A DNA stretch of 63,665 bases, filler included, from Choristocarpus tenellus KU-1152 (GCA_964200185.2; 12 parts of 12 records of this genome joined end to end with filler, not necessarily neighbours in it), one strand, 5' to 3'; shown: positions 50,023-63,449, counted from the first letter of the whole stretch. Notes: generated by a model not told the origin, from the letters alone. Program-made: numbers and translations.

Positions 50023-50265
50023 TTAGAGGGTACGAATTTTGCCCTGCTTGTCAGTTTGAGGCTTGACTTCCCATGTTTTTTTTATGGCATGTCATCTACT
50101 CCGAAATGTTTCGGAGTAGGTGAAATGTATACGTTATGCAAAAGTGTGTCCAGAACAAGGATATTGACATCTAAAATACACGACAGTCAAAATTTCATCA
50201 AAATAGCAACATTGAATTTTGGCCCCCAAACGGACGCAGCTCTACCCTCTAAGATACATTGACTC
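50023..50265 (+). mobile_element. MITE family A, copy 8
   Basis: TTAGAGGGTACGAA...TACCCTCTAAGATACATTGACTC. Confidence 0.88.
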
Positions 50266-51496
50266 AATCTTGTTTGTCATTCCTAACATCAACATCAAAC
50301 ATAGAGAAGACCTAAAAATTCACAGGCCACTAGCCATTGACGGTCACAGTAACGTGATATCGTCCATGGGGTCCGAAGTGGAAGTCAGGCTTCATCCCAA
50401 GATTTGATGGTGGTGAGCGCTTCGGGTTTTGCTGAAGGAAAACCACTCTGAAACAACTGGTGATTATGAAGACCCCCCACGATTGATTGGATCCTGCCTC
50501 ATGATGTACTCACGAAGGGGCTCCTCTGGAGTGGTCGGTCTAGCCTCTATCTTACTGGTCTGTGCTTCAGAAAGTGTGTGAATTTGCTCCATTGATGATA
50601 TATAATCCCCAACAAATTGAGGGTTTGGTATAACACCATCATTATAAGGGATGGCAATTTTGTCTAGGCAAGATCCATCCTCTTCCCCTAGCAATTAAAG
50701 ATCGACTGACCATGATGTCTTTCCATGGAGAGCAATGATGGTCGTTGTTGACGAAGTCCATGCTCATCTTGATAATGGGCTCCACTACAGCATCTTTGGC
50801 CGATCCAGTCCAGTCTAAGAACATAGTGAAACAACAGGTTCAGTTCATGGGGGGTAAATGTGTTTTATGTGTTACATGTACAGAAATGGCGAACTTAGTT
50901 GTTACTGCATGCACCATCATGTCTGTCGAAAATGAGTGAACGTTATTTTGACTGACGGGCGGTGGATCAACAATGGGAATAGTAGAAATTTATGAGTGGC
51001 TAGAATGCGAACTATGCTAGCAGCAGCAAATGTTTTTTCTTCTCTATCCCAATCCAAACTTGCTCCAAATACGACCATGATACTATTGTCCAATAGTACT
51101 TTTGTCAACACATAGGGGTGACAGGACTAGTGCTTGAACAGGCAGTGCTTTATTTCGCAAGGTTAGCTGAAATTGAACATAGTCATGTACTCCGGAGTAC
51201 TTGCAAAGGCCTCCCCCCATCACCTTTCAAATGTGGGACACGAGAGGTACCCGCTTTTTGGTCGTTTTGCAATTTAAGTTGTATTTCTTCATCTCTTGAA
51301 ATTCACTGATATCCCTATGGATAGAGTAATAAGATTGACTTGAGAGTGTCGATTTCTCTATTGTTTGGAAATTTTCAACAGAATTCAGAAAATTCCTCAC
51401 ACTCATTTATTTGTACAAGAAGCCGAAATGTACAAGTATTTGTCAGCATCCTTTAAATATAACCCTGGGTACCTCTCATTTATTTTTACTCACAGT

Positions 51497-51850
51497 CAAG
51501 ACAATCTTGCGGAAACCCTGGAGGATAGTCATGTCCTCCTGTAGCCCAAGCTTTAAGTGCTCAACTGGGAGCTTTAAGGATCCATAGCCTTCCCATTTCC
51601 TATTGCCCGGGTGCTTCAGCCACTTCCATCATCATTGTTGGAGGAGTAGCGAGGGCCAAGGATGTGGGTTATTTATCGAGGGCTTCAGTACTATGAGGGT
51701 TGTGATCAACTGACTTGATATTAAGGAGCACTGTACAGTATCTCCTCCATCGTTGCGTCATGGATGCTTACTCACTGAGTAACCGTCCAAACTCATCACG
51801 GATGGATATGCTGAAACATGCTCTCTGTTGATGGCGATGGGTCTTATTTG
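51497..51850 (-). mobile_element. LINE (non-LTR) fragment, linker upstream of RT, degenerate
   Basis: IRDEFGRLLSE*..QRWRRY..LLNIKS...LATPPT..EV...GNGKA...LPVEHLKLGLQED.TIL resembles, from memory, brown-algal LINE ORFs. Confidence 0.75.
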
Positions 51851-52819
51851 CTTTTTCATAACGTCGTTATGAGCTTGGGGTTCTAGATTTCGTATGTTAT
51901 GCCTCTTGCCTTTTTTAATATTTTCGAGACCATACACTGCCTGTGCCTTTCATGGCACTTATTTCTGTATATACCCCAATCAAAGCATAAAGGGAACAAT
52001 CAAAGTGAGAGGTCCAGCATATTTGATGATGTTTCTATTGTGGTGCTGTCTTTGAGCCTCATCATCAGCGTACAGTCATGTGGATTGGAGCTACATATTC
52101 CATCATGGCAGGCTGCCAGAATGTTTTCTCGACATTGAAGCCTTTCAGGTGTCAAAGGAAACCAGCTTGGTCCCAAGGCGAATAAGGTCTCCATCTTCCT
52201 GGTGTAGGTGTCGAGAAACACCTGCAAGGCATACAACCTCAATCATCTGAGCTGTTTGCCAGTACTCTTCAACGCCTTCTTGAAAGGGGTATTTTGGAGG
52301 GGTCTCTGTGCACTTGTTTCCATGTCCTGTCCCGTTCCTCCCAGGCTTCCAGGAAGTTTGCTTGAGCTTGCTTACTTGTACACCACACCCGAGGCACCAC
52401 CCTCCACAAAGGGGGTGGGAGGACTTCTGAGGGCAATGTCCAACAAATGGGCTGTGCATGAAGACGCTGAAATGTCGACATTGGCAAGTACATCAGTTGT
52501 GGGAGGAGCTGTCTCTCCTATCGAGAAGATATTTTTTAGCAGTCAAGCTCGCTAGTTCAGCTCAAGGACCTTGCAAGGAGTGTAACCATCAGTGTTTTTC
52601 GGTTGTTTTTATGTCCATTGAAGCCAAGTGCGCGCGTTTTGAACGTGCGCGGGAGAAATGCCTGTTCTTCGCGCGTCTGGACAAATTTAGACATAAGTGA
52701 GAGCATAACCCAATGTGTAGTAAATATGAGGGCTTTTCATCGGGCCAAGCAGTTACCATGCCTAATGTCAGTCATATGACCGGGGGCCAGTCCATGGCTT
52801 GGCCATGTTGAAAGGGTCA

Positions 52820-53000
52820 ATGGCCATGGACTCGGTCATGTTCAAACTTGGTTATATATGGTCAGTGGTGACCCCAGTTATTTTGTTGAGTAAGTGATAG
52901 CCATGGACTCGGCCATGTTCGAACTTGGTTGTACATGGCCGACTAGTGGCTCTGGTCATGTTAAGTAAGCAATGCCCATGGACTCGGCCATGTAAGAACC
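52820..53000. repeat. Diverged tandem repeat of about 76 bp (3 copies), core CCATGGACTCGGYCATGT
   Basis: Cores near 52824, 52901 and 52976; related motifs at 32490-32650. Confidence 0.7.
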
Positions 53001-53969
53001 TTTATCTATGGCCGGTAATGTAATATTTATTTTACATTCGTGCAAGCCACGTCATGACCATGCCTCTTATTTTATATTTTTCCACTCTTAAGTATCATAT
53101 CCTACACTTCAATTTTCTACTGAAATTTACTAAATATATTGTATGTAGTGATAAACTATATTATTTCATATGTGAAAGCGTCAAAAGGTGCCAAGTTCTT
53201 TTTTGCTCAAGGGGGCAATCACAATCACCGGACTGAACTCTTTCACNNNNNNNNNNNNNNNNNNNNNNNNNNNNNNNNNNNNNNNNNNNNTTAATTAATT
53301 AANNNNNNNNNNNNNNNNNNNNNNNNNNNNNNNNNNNNNNNNNNNNAGAAGGGAAGAGAACAAATCCCTTTTTTTTAATTTTTTTTTTCCACCCAACCCG
53401 GAAGAAAAATGTGCCCCCCCCCCCCCCCCCCCCCCCCAACTTATTTTCTCTTTGGGATTGTGGGTGTTGAAGTGCACAAGTGTCCTATTACTGTCAGTAT
53501 TAATATGTGATACAGTAACGGCAATGGTAGCAGCACTCCAGAGCAATTGATTGGTGCTCCGGGGCAATTTGTCAAGGATGTTTGGAAGGGTGTTGGTGGG
53601 GAACCAAGTGTGAGATCGGGGGCTGAGCCTGGACCAAGCTCTAAGTAGTGAACCCGCATCATGACTAAAAGTGGTTACATGTTGTCGTGGTGTTTACCCA
53701 GGGCCTGACGAGATGACTAGTCTTCTGCACATGGGATGAGAGGGGCGGTGGGGGTGTGTGTCCATTGTTTGTGACAAGAAATCTGCCCCCCTCTTGATTT
53801 GTCATCGCCAAGCTCGCTATTGCCATCAGTAGAATGTGACGTTCCCCCCTCCACCTCTGGTGAAGGTTGGACCTCCTGTCTGTTCCTGCTACTTCCTCTC
53901 ATTCCTTGGCTTGTTCTTGATCCCCTTTGTATGGTCCCCTTTGTGTGATCCCCTTTGTGTGTGTGTAGC

Positions 53970-56900
53970 CCATGGCCAGTAAGGTAAAGCTTACAGAGAG
54001 CGAGGAGTCAGCTGTCGCTACCAGGAGTGCTTTTTTGGAGGGACTAGGCATTGAAGCAACTACCAAGGGACAGGTGCCCAATAGACATTTATTTATTGTA
54101 CTTAGAAGTTCAAGTAATATATTGTAAATAGTACTATTGGGCACCTTGGGGTAGTTGTCTGTACCAAAATGTTCAGTACATGGTCCCAGTTCAAGCATTG
54201 TAGTTTTTCTGTGTGACTGTGGTTTCCCTTGCACAACAAGGTGATTATTCCCCCTCCCCCCCGGTAGGACATGATCTTTCCAGCATGTTTCAAGAGGCAA
54301 GCGAGTCTTTGATTTGAACACGTTTGATGCTAGTCACAACCATAGCCCAAGAGGCTTCAAATACAACCTTGTAACCCCACTGTTTTTTCTTGGCATACCT
54401 GGTACGGGTCATCTGGGGACCGGTTTTGGGTCGGGTTCTGGGGGCTGGGGGCATCTCTGAATGGGGAAAGGTGGCAGAGGCGATACTCTGGCTTCAGCCC
54501 CTTCTTTCGATTGGTGAGGCAGAAAGCCAGCTTAGGGACCAGACGCAGGCCAGTGTTGCACCTCCTGTCCTGGAGGCTAGCGAGGCTTGGGTGCACCCGG
54601 ACTCTGAGGTGAGCAGAGTAGCTTACAAGCAATGATAATGATAATGATAATGATATTAAAATATTTCAAAACAGTTATTTTGGGAGAAATTTTATATTTT
54701 ATATTTGTCCTGCCTGTCTGATGAACTGGTTCGAAGGCACTTGAATGGTGTATTGTACAGAACTAAGGGCAAATTTGTCCTTTTTTTTTCAGATTTTGCA
54801 ACTGTTTTAATGTACTTTACTTTTTTATTTTTGACCTTCCTAGGAAGTGTACCAGTTCCTCAAGTATGTCAATGGTGTCTGGTCCAGGAAAGTTGAATAT
54901 GAACTATGGACTAGACTACATGCCAGAAGATATGCCACTAGGAAATGTACCAATAATACTATTGGTGATTACAATATCAAGGGTTAGGGTTATAGGTGTG
55001 ATGAAGCATGAAGAGTCCCGCTTCACCCAATCAAATAGTAAATGTCGCTTTGAGCCATTAGGGTATTTTCAGTCCTACAACCTCCCCAACACCCTCCATT
55101 GCATCACTCCAGGTTCCATCAAGTACTGCACCTGTTGCTGGTTCCAGTCTGGTTCCTTCAAAGTTTCCCCAGGTCAAACATCCTCAGTCTTCGTGCTCCA
55201 CAAAGAGCGCATCCCCCCCCCCAAAAGTTGCCCAGACATCAGTACCCGTTCCCCCCAAGGTTTCTAATCTCCCTGACCCAGCCTCAGTGAAGGTTGCTAT
55301 GCCAGGGCCGAGGCAGGACCCAGAGCAAACCTCTGGCCCAGTAGCCACCTCACTTGCCCTGCAACAGTCATTGCCCACCTTGAGTGAGCCTTTAACCGAG
55401 GTCAGCAGGAAGAGGGCTCGGGGGGAGGAAGGCAATGCTCTAGAGAAGGGTGAAGTGCAGGAGACAAAGGTTTCTACTACCAAGGAAGCGGTATGCAAGG
55501 GGAGTGGAGGGGGGGGGAGGAAACAGGAAGGTTATGTCAAGGTGGGGCTTGGAGGGGCAATGCTGGTGGAGGGTGAAGGGGGAGATGGTGCGAGGCCACT
55601 AAAACGGAAGCGGGCAGGTGAGTTTTTTATTGTACCTAGTGCTGTTGTGGTTTAAGTGAATAGTTATCGGTTTTCTAGTGCCTGTTGGAATCGATGAAGG
55701 TGTGTGATGTGAAGAGTTTTGTCTTGAGTAGTGTGATGTGAGGAAGCAAGAAGCCCTGTCGCTGTTGCTCAGCCGCTGCCAAGATTGTCTCGTATCAGTC
55801 TCATATCATTTCGGAATATTAATCCTTGGCTTATCAATCGGATTCGGAATACTTTTCGCACTTTCAACGTGTGTTATTGAACAACACGCGTTGAAGTGCA
55901 GCTTTCCCCCCTTCTTTTTGTGGTTTATCTAGGTGGTCCTTATATGTGGGAAAGGTGAGGTAGAGTTTTTTTTTTTATTGGAGTCCCTTTTTTGGGTGGG
56001 CCGCTGACGGAATTTCGATAGTTTCCCGCTTCCCGCCAGCTTTGAAATTGGGAGTTGGTGGAGCGGTATGGCGTTACGCATTTACTGTGGATGGAAGAAG
56101 TAATTACGCATGTACCATCGAAGAACAAAAAGCCTTAGTCGTCTTGACAAAACCAAAACCTCGTTTGACGGACACACTGTTAAGGTAATGATAGTGCAGG
56201 AAAGGGGAATTGTTTAGGATGTTTCTTGTAATGCCCAAGGTTTGGTTTGTCAAACTGACAAGTATGGACACATGGTGCGATTTTTTTCATGCTATACACG
56301 GGCAATTCCTGACAATTCCTGACCCGATCATTTGTTTCCCACCACTGAGCAAGTACCTGTGACACTGGTACTGTGGTCACTGCATCCAACTGGCGGTTCA
56401 AAACCTGGACTTTGTAGTTTTTGTGGATGTTCACTGCAGAGATAATCGCCCAATATACACTGAGAAAAATTCGCCAAAAAAGGTTTTGGTTTTGCTACAG
56501 GTTCGGCGTACACACATAGAAATCGAAAAATTGTTCTTTATTCACGGAAATCGAAAAATTGTTCTTTTTCAATGATGATTCGGAAAAATGGAACCATTGT
56601 TTCCGTGTCCCTGTACATGCATAAATAAAAATAAAAATACTGTTACGTCGAATAAACAAACCAGAACACAAATCGGTCATGTATAACCCAAGAAAAATTG
56701 CAATGTGTTTGCCTGTGTTTGTAGACTGACTGTAAGAGATAGTCATATTTTCATGTGAAACGATCATGTGCTTAACAATATTATATCTTTTTTATATTGC
56801 TTTTTGTTCATTTAAATATATATATATATATGTATATATATATTTGACTAAACTTTCTATGCTAAATGCAGCCTCACTCTTGATTGTGACACTGCGGTCT

Positions 56901-59900
56901 GTTGGAGCAAAGGGAGATGTCTAAAGTCTTGCCAGAATATTTTCCTAGAAATTTCTCGAGGTATCTTTTGCCTGTGATAATCTTCGTGGTCCATCTTGGG
57001 GGCTTAGATAGAAATGTCTCGCATGGAAGGGGATCTGTGATTATCAACCCTTCAGACCATATTCAACCATACCTTAATTGCGTGAACTGCACCCTACACT
57101 CCTGCTTGTTGAGTAGGGATTTCTTTACCTAGTACAAGTACAGATGAAGACCATGATGTACCACCAAGGTTGTCTGCCCAGGGAAGATTTGTGGAACGAA
57201 TTCAGGTGGGAGAAAGAGGACTACCAGGGTGGTTTTGAGGAGACTTCCAAGGCGTTTTCCTCTTAGTTTTGTTGTGTTTTCGTATCTGGCAGGGTGGTGA
57301 TGTTTGACACGAGAACCATGCATTGTCTGAAAACAAGAAAAGATAGTTGCTGTTGGTGTGGTGGTAGTGGTGATGGTGGTGATGGTGGTGACTGGAAAGG
57401 ATCTGGTCACTGCCAATGGGTTGAGGCTGTGATTTGAAAGAGCGTGGATGTTTTTTAATTTCTGGATGTGTTGTGTTTCATGTTCTGGGATGTACTGTGC
57501 TCTCTGAGTATAATATGGTCAAGTTTTTAAATGTTTTATGTGGCATTGATACAGTTGGGAGGGGCATCACTACATGACAAGTGACTCCTCATCTCCCATT
57601 TACTTGGTTCTAGTTGGCTTTACTTGGTTCTACTTGGTTTTACTTGGTTCTACTTGGTTTTACTTGGTTTTACTTGGTTATACTTGGTTATACTTGGTTA
57701 TACTTGGTTTTACTTGGTTCTACTTGGTTTTACTTGGTTCTACTTTGTTTTGCTTGGTTTACTTGGTTCTAATTGGTCCTACTTGGTCCTACTTAGTCCT
57801 ACTTGTTGTATATTTGATATCAAACATACAACACCAAGTATACCGCCTTCTATGACACAATGTGTCAATATTAATAGCATACCACATAAACCACTATTTG
57901 ACACAAAGTGCAGTGTTATCCCACTACAGTTATCACTATCACTGCTCATTAGCAATCACCAGAGCACAGGCCTTGAGGGTCGTATCACAAATGGCAAACT
58001 ACTGTTTGACATGTACCCCCTAGTACCACAATCCAATGAAATCGGAGATGGACCCGGTTTTTGTGTGAGGGTTTGATGTAAAATTGGTGTTTTTTCTTGT
58101 TTGTACCTGCGTTGAAGAGAGGTTTAGGAAGGATGTTCCTGATAGTTCTTTCACATGTTTACAGTGAATACACTTTTGTTTCGTGACAAATGACTAAGTG
58201 AGTGAGTGAGTGAGTATGTGAGTATGTGTGTCTGGTACAATGATCATATTTTGGCTGGAAGAAGACAATCAATGACCATGCATGTCAACGGCAGTGCATC
58301 TCCTTTACTATAGGAAACCTGTTCATTCCCTCGCCCCCACCAGACCAGACTATTATGCATGCAGTACAGCTCAAGTCCGACACGACGCCTTACTCCACCT
58401 TGCAACTCCCCCTTCCCCTCTTGTGCTCCTTCCAACCAATCAAAGGCTGACATGGCTACAGAGCCACGAGAGGATGTGGACATGGCTACAGAGCCACGAG
58501 AGGATGTGGACATGGCTACAGAGCCACGAGAGGATGTGGATAACCCACGCCGTAATCCTTTTTCTTCAGCTGCTGCCCCAAATCCTTCGGCCATCCCTCC
58601 AACCTCATCCTTGCCCCCCCCTCAGTCCTTAATTGAGCTTGGAACTGGAGGCTGGATCTCCGCGCACAATGCTTTACCAGCTGAGAAGAGGAGTGAAGGC
58701 AAGGGTGGTGTCCGGAAATATGGGGGGGATAGGACTGAAGCTAAGGGGGGTATGGTGGGGGGCAAGGAGGATGAAGGAGAGGAGGAGGAGGAGGAGGAGC
58801 TCAAGCTATTGGAGCCCGCAGTGACCATGCGAATGAGGTACTTGAAGCGTTTTTTGTCTGCATCTGTGGCTTGATGATACATTCTCAGAAATTAGTCCTG
58901 TTTGTACTGTTCCGGGATTGTGGTGACATTTGGCCATATGCCTGATTTAGTGTGCACATTATTGTTGACACAATAAGAGGTTTTTTACGATAGGGGACTG
59001 GTCTCTGAACTACTTTATTGTGTAGATCTAGTGTATAGTAATGCTGTTGTATGCATAGCATATGGGATGTTTTACAAGCGAAAAGATGGTGATACGTGTA
59101 TATTTATCGATATAACTAGTTGACCAATCCCATCCTCTGCCGTGTATAGCAACTCTCCATAATGCCATTCTATTGGTACTCATAGGCCAGTCATTTCAGC
59201 CCACACCCCCAAACTCACACCCTTGGCAATCTTGGGTGACCCCACCCGCCCTCCAAGCCAACTCACGTTGCTATATCCCTGGTGAACATGGGCTATGTGG
59301 GTTTTTCTCCTTGTTGGGCTGCAGCTTGATGGCGAAGGGCATGTCTTTGTCTTCCTCTAGGGGCTACTCTAGTTCAAGTTATCGGCAGGGAGGGCCCAAC
59401 TTCAAGAGGTTCAAAAAGGTGACCAATGTCCTTCCTTGCATACACACCAGTGGCATTGCTACTTTAAGGACAACACAATTTTTCTTTTTAAGAGGAGAGC
59501 AGATTTGGTGTTGAGAATAGTGTGTCACAGAGTGATCTGTCTTGAAAGTGATGGTGTATGTTGTACTGCATGTTGTGTGCGTCTGTATCTATTCATACTA
59601 TTGCGCTCTAGGGTTTTTATGTTGAAGGGTTGGACCTTGTCTATGACATGGAAGAGTTACAGGTATTCTGGATTTGGTCATTGTAGAGGAGCTGTTTTTC
59701 ATTGTCCTTTTTTTTTGCTTGGTACCCTATTTATGAGCTTTAAAAGCTTGTTTTTAGTACCGTGTTTGGGTTGTGATTCCAACAATGCCGTGTCCTAGCT
59801 ACCAAGGAATTTAGTTTTTGTGCTTGGTGGGGCAACTTCCTTTGAGACAAGGGTTACAGGACTGAGCTACTCAATCTGTCAAGCAATGACTGGCTCTATT

Positions 59901-60191
59901 TTTCATTCGCATCTTACTGAAACAGCCGATGATATCTCGACTATTTTGTGTTTTGATTGGACCAACTTGTATTTAGCAAAGTGCAAGGATGGTATCTCCT
60001 GAGACTAAATAGTTCCTCTCTTGCTTCACCCAAATCTTGCTCTGTTTGTCATCTCTCAGAACCTAGTCATGTATGGGGGAGAGGGAGTGGGTGACTTTGT
60101 CCCCATCACAGCGCTACAAGTTACACTTCCAAAGGAATCAGAGAGGGAGCTAATGCTTGCCGCCGAGCATAAACGTCTGGAAGAGGAAGAG
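53970..60191 (+). CDS. NBS1: Nibrin/NBS1-like protein, C-terminal part (partial, multi-exon)
   Basis: Phase-consistent exons ~58365-58837, 59325-59418, 60060-60191 give GPNFKRFKK|NLV...VTLPKESERELML..EHKRLEEEE. NFKxFxK is the MRE11-binding motif. Upstream exons ~53970-54072, ~54390-54608 and ~55287-55617 are less certain. Confidence 0.62.
57595..57805. repeat. 10-bp minisatellite TACTTGGTTH, about 20 copies
   Basis: Direct observation; intronic. Confidence 0.95.
58449..58541 (+). repeat. Perfect 30-bp coding tandem repeat x3 (DMATEPREDV)
   Basis: GACATGGCTACAGAGCCACGAGAGGATGTG x3. Confidence 0.95.
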
Positions 60192-60348
60192 GTATCCACA
60201 ATTAGTCCAACATGCTAGTAGTTCTCACGTGCTCTCATGAACAGAAGCATACTCCTCATCATTATTCATCCCTAATACAGCAAACCTATTGGTCGGAGTT
60301 CTTGCTCTACCCAACGGGTTTCACTATTATGTGCAATGCATGCAATTC

Positions 60349-60389
<41 letters not shown>

Positions 60390-60448
60390 CCTGTTGTCCA
60401 ATTTATTCTAATTTTGTTACTGAGTATTTGTGAAGCCTTGTCCTCCTG

Positions 60449-60492
<44 letters not shown>

Positions 60493-60688
60493 CAACTTGT
60501 TGGACCATTTCTTTGTCAAGGCGGATGCAAATCGACTNNNNNNNNNNNNNNNNNNNNNNNNNNNNNNNNNNNNNNNNNNNNTTAATTAATTAANNNNNNN
60601 NNNNNNNNNNNNNNNNNNNNNNNNNNNNNNNNNNNNNTACTTCTGACTTCTCTAACAAATGGCCACAAACAGTGCAATCTAAACCAAC

Positions 60689-60873
60689 AGCTCAAAGTAT
60701 CTGTCTGGGGGGGGGGGCGGCGGCTTTCCATTTGGGGCCCATTTTTCCATGTTGCAATTTTTGGGTGATTAGGTTGCATGCGTGTGATGGATAATGTAAG
60801 TGCACTTTTCCTGGTCAGGGTCCAAATGTACACCCTGGTGTAGACCCTCCCCAGATACTTGATACTTTGAGTC
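60689..60873 (+). mobile_element. MITE family B, full copy
   Basis: AGCTCAAAGTATCTG...CCAAATGTACACCCTGGTGTAGACC...GATACTTTGAGTC; flanks AAC/AAC; homologous to 1776-1955. Confidence 0.82.
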
Positions 60874-61649
60874 AACCCTATACATGTACACCTTTGAATA
60901 TTCATCCACACAATTGTACAAGGAACATTGGTCCACACATAGAAAAATACGCACATATTGGGGACCCGGCCCAACCCTTAGAGTGTCAGTCTCATCTACC
61001 CTTAGAGTGTCAGTCTCATCTACCCCAAAGCACAGACATCCAACTCTGGTGCTCTTGAGCAAAGTAGGTACCTTCTACTACACTCACCCTGTGTTTCTAC
61101 TCCTTTTTTCTATTCATTCACCTCTCTCTCTCTTTGTATCAATCATTGCTTAGACCGACCATCGGCTCTTGTCCTTTGCTTGGTATTTGAACACAAAAAA
61201 ACAGCAAAAAAAAAAAGCAGCAACGTCCTGCAGAAAATCTACACTTCAAAAGAACTGTACCTATCGTCTACAAAGCATTTGCACAAGTGATACCATATTC
61301 TGTGCGGAACCCTAACCCTACTTCACACAGCAACACTGAGCTGTCAAAGCACAAGGTGAGGAGCATCTAATGTCCATCTCGCGAACTTCTACTTGTGCTC
61401 ATTGGTGTAGATTTATTTGCATCCCCACCCCAGAATGTTTAGATATCAAATCACATGTACTTTTTCTTCATTTATGCATGCAATTCTAACACACAGCTCT
61501 AACGTACTAGACACGCATGCCTTAAAGGACACATCATTTGACCTCTCGTCACAAGCAACTCCCTTAGGCCACATCAATCATCCGAGCTAACCTCGCCTCA
61601 AGGATCAAGATCCTCAATCCGAAGTCGAAGAGCTAAAACTCCCCCTTAC

Positions 61650-63449
61650 CTGCTGGAGTAGAGGTTTGTTTGGACTCTCCATTTTTGGTGTGCTTACTTT
61701 TTTTCTGCTTGGGCTTCTCCTTTTTTTTTCCTTTCTCTAGCAAGTACTTCACCAATGTGCCATCACCACATCCAACATCCAGCACTTTTGCTGTTTCCAC
61801 AGATGCCATTCCCCCCTCTACCTCAGCCACGGCCCCACCCTTGCTCCCCGGACGTAAAAGGGCTGCAGCTGCAATCTCCTCCAGCCGTTTGCCAACACGC
61901 CGCTCCTCCTTGGAATTACTGGCAAATGTGGGAGAAGGGGAGGGGAGACATGAAGACGGTACCGAAGTCATGGTGCATCCAGGCCGCCATGTAGTTCAGT
62001 GCTAAGTGAAGGCCAAAAAGGTGGATCGGGGTGGGATGGATCCAAACGGACAGTTCACAAAACTAACCTGAACCAATATAGTTAATAATCTAGCATTCTC
62101 CACACCAACTAACCTGAACCAAATAGTTAATAATTTAGCATTCTCCACACCAACTAACCTGAACCAAATAGTTAATAATCTAGCATTCTCCACACCAACT
62201 AAACCTAAGCTCAACATCAACTCACCCAAAACGGCTCTGTTCTGCGGAACAGTGTTTGTTGGTTGCACAACCACATCTCTTCTTCGTCTGATATACCCCC
62301 AAACTACTCAATCTTCACAAGAGCAGGAAGATTTTCACCTTAACTAAAATAAGAGTGGTCAGGTGAGAAGGTTGAGGATGGTATAGGAATTTGTAGGATT
62401 TCTACTGTCGCGTTCGTTGCATACTCCTGGTATACAGCAAATTCATACGATAATTTCTGCGGTTCTCATGCCATCCCAAACAAGATCTTCTCCCTTTTTT
62501 CCACTCTACGGATCTATACCCTAGCAGAGTAAACCTAGATATACTGCAGAACTTTATCTTCCAGATACAATGCTACCTGCCCCGACTCAATCAATGGACG
62601 AGGGAGATTAAGAGAGAGCAACATCTCAAGAAAATCATACCTCTTTGGAAGTGAATTCATTACGGCAACAGCATCCCAAGTCGCTGACACAAGCGCTTCA
62701 TGGACACTGCGATATTCCGGAGAAATCGTTTTGCCAGACCCTAGAAGTGGGGAGGTGCAGGAACAACATTAGCCAAACACTGAAAGGTCTAGATCGCGAA
62801 GAACGCAACTGTCTCTGGATCGTGCTAGAACTTGGCTTGCCAACAGGCTGGGAACACAAGCTACGCGTAATATCAATGACCATGCTTCTTCTTTACAGAG
62901 CTGGACTTGTCTTCCTCTTCTTTGAGGATAAAGCAATAGGTACAGAGCACACAACCGAGATCAAGTTGATGTCGTATCCTTACCCGACGATGCATAGGTA
63001 CGCATTTGAGCAGCCAGTTCAGCATCACTCTCCTGTAACTTCGCTAGACGACTTTTGAAGACCATCGAAGTGGCCAAGTCAAGGTCGCCATTTGACTTTT
63101 TCAGTGCTGTTTTTGCCTCTTCAGCACTTGGACCTTTGGCGCGATCGCTTCCCCTCGTTCCAGAACTGTCGAAGCCTTGCGCGGCGCCAAGCCGCCACCT
63201 TCTCCTACTGTCAACGCTGGTAGAAAAATCAAAGAAACGATCATAGGTGTATCTTTCCCTGATTTCCTGACCTTCACTGTTGTCCTTAACACGGTTGAAA
63301 GGATCCATTTTGACTATACCAGGGGAAAAACCCTTTACCCTCGTACAAATATGCCGCATCCCATTTCTTGCCTTCAGGGCGCTTGAAGGGAGGAAAGCTC
63401 TGAACAGGCACACGCAACATAGCAGTATGCGAACGTGTAACTGGACCAT
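61650..63449 (-). CDS. Class I SAM-dependent methyltransferase with signal-like N-terminus and UBA-like segment; 3' partial
   Basis: Exons 63449-62984, 62740-62641, 61918-61650 with compatible phases 1 and 2. Motif I KVLDVGCGDG; EEAKTALKKSNGDLDLA. Confidence 0.78.
62062..62205. repeat. 45-bp intronic tandem repeat x3
   Basis: ACTAACCTGAACCAAATAGTTAATAATCTAGCATTCTCCACACCA. Confidence 0.93.

Noticed and set aside
57574-58076. Hydrophobic TWFYLVLLG repeat ORFs
   Set aside because: Artefact of a 10-bp intronic minisatellite.
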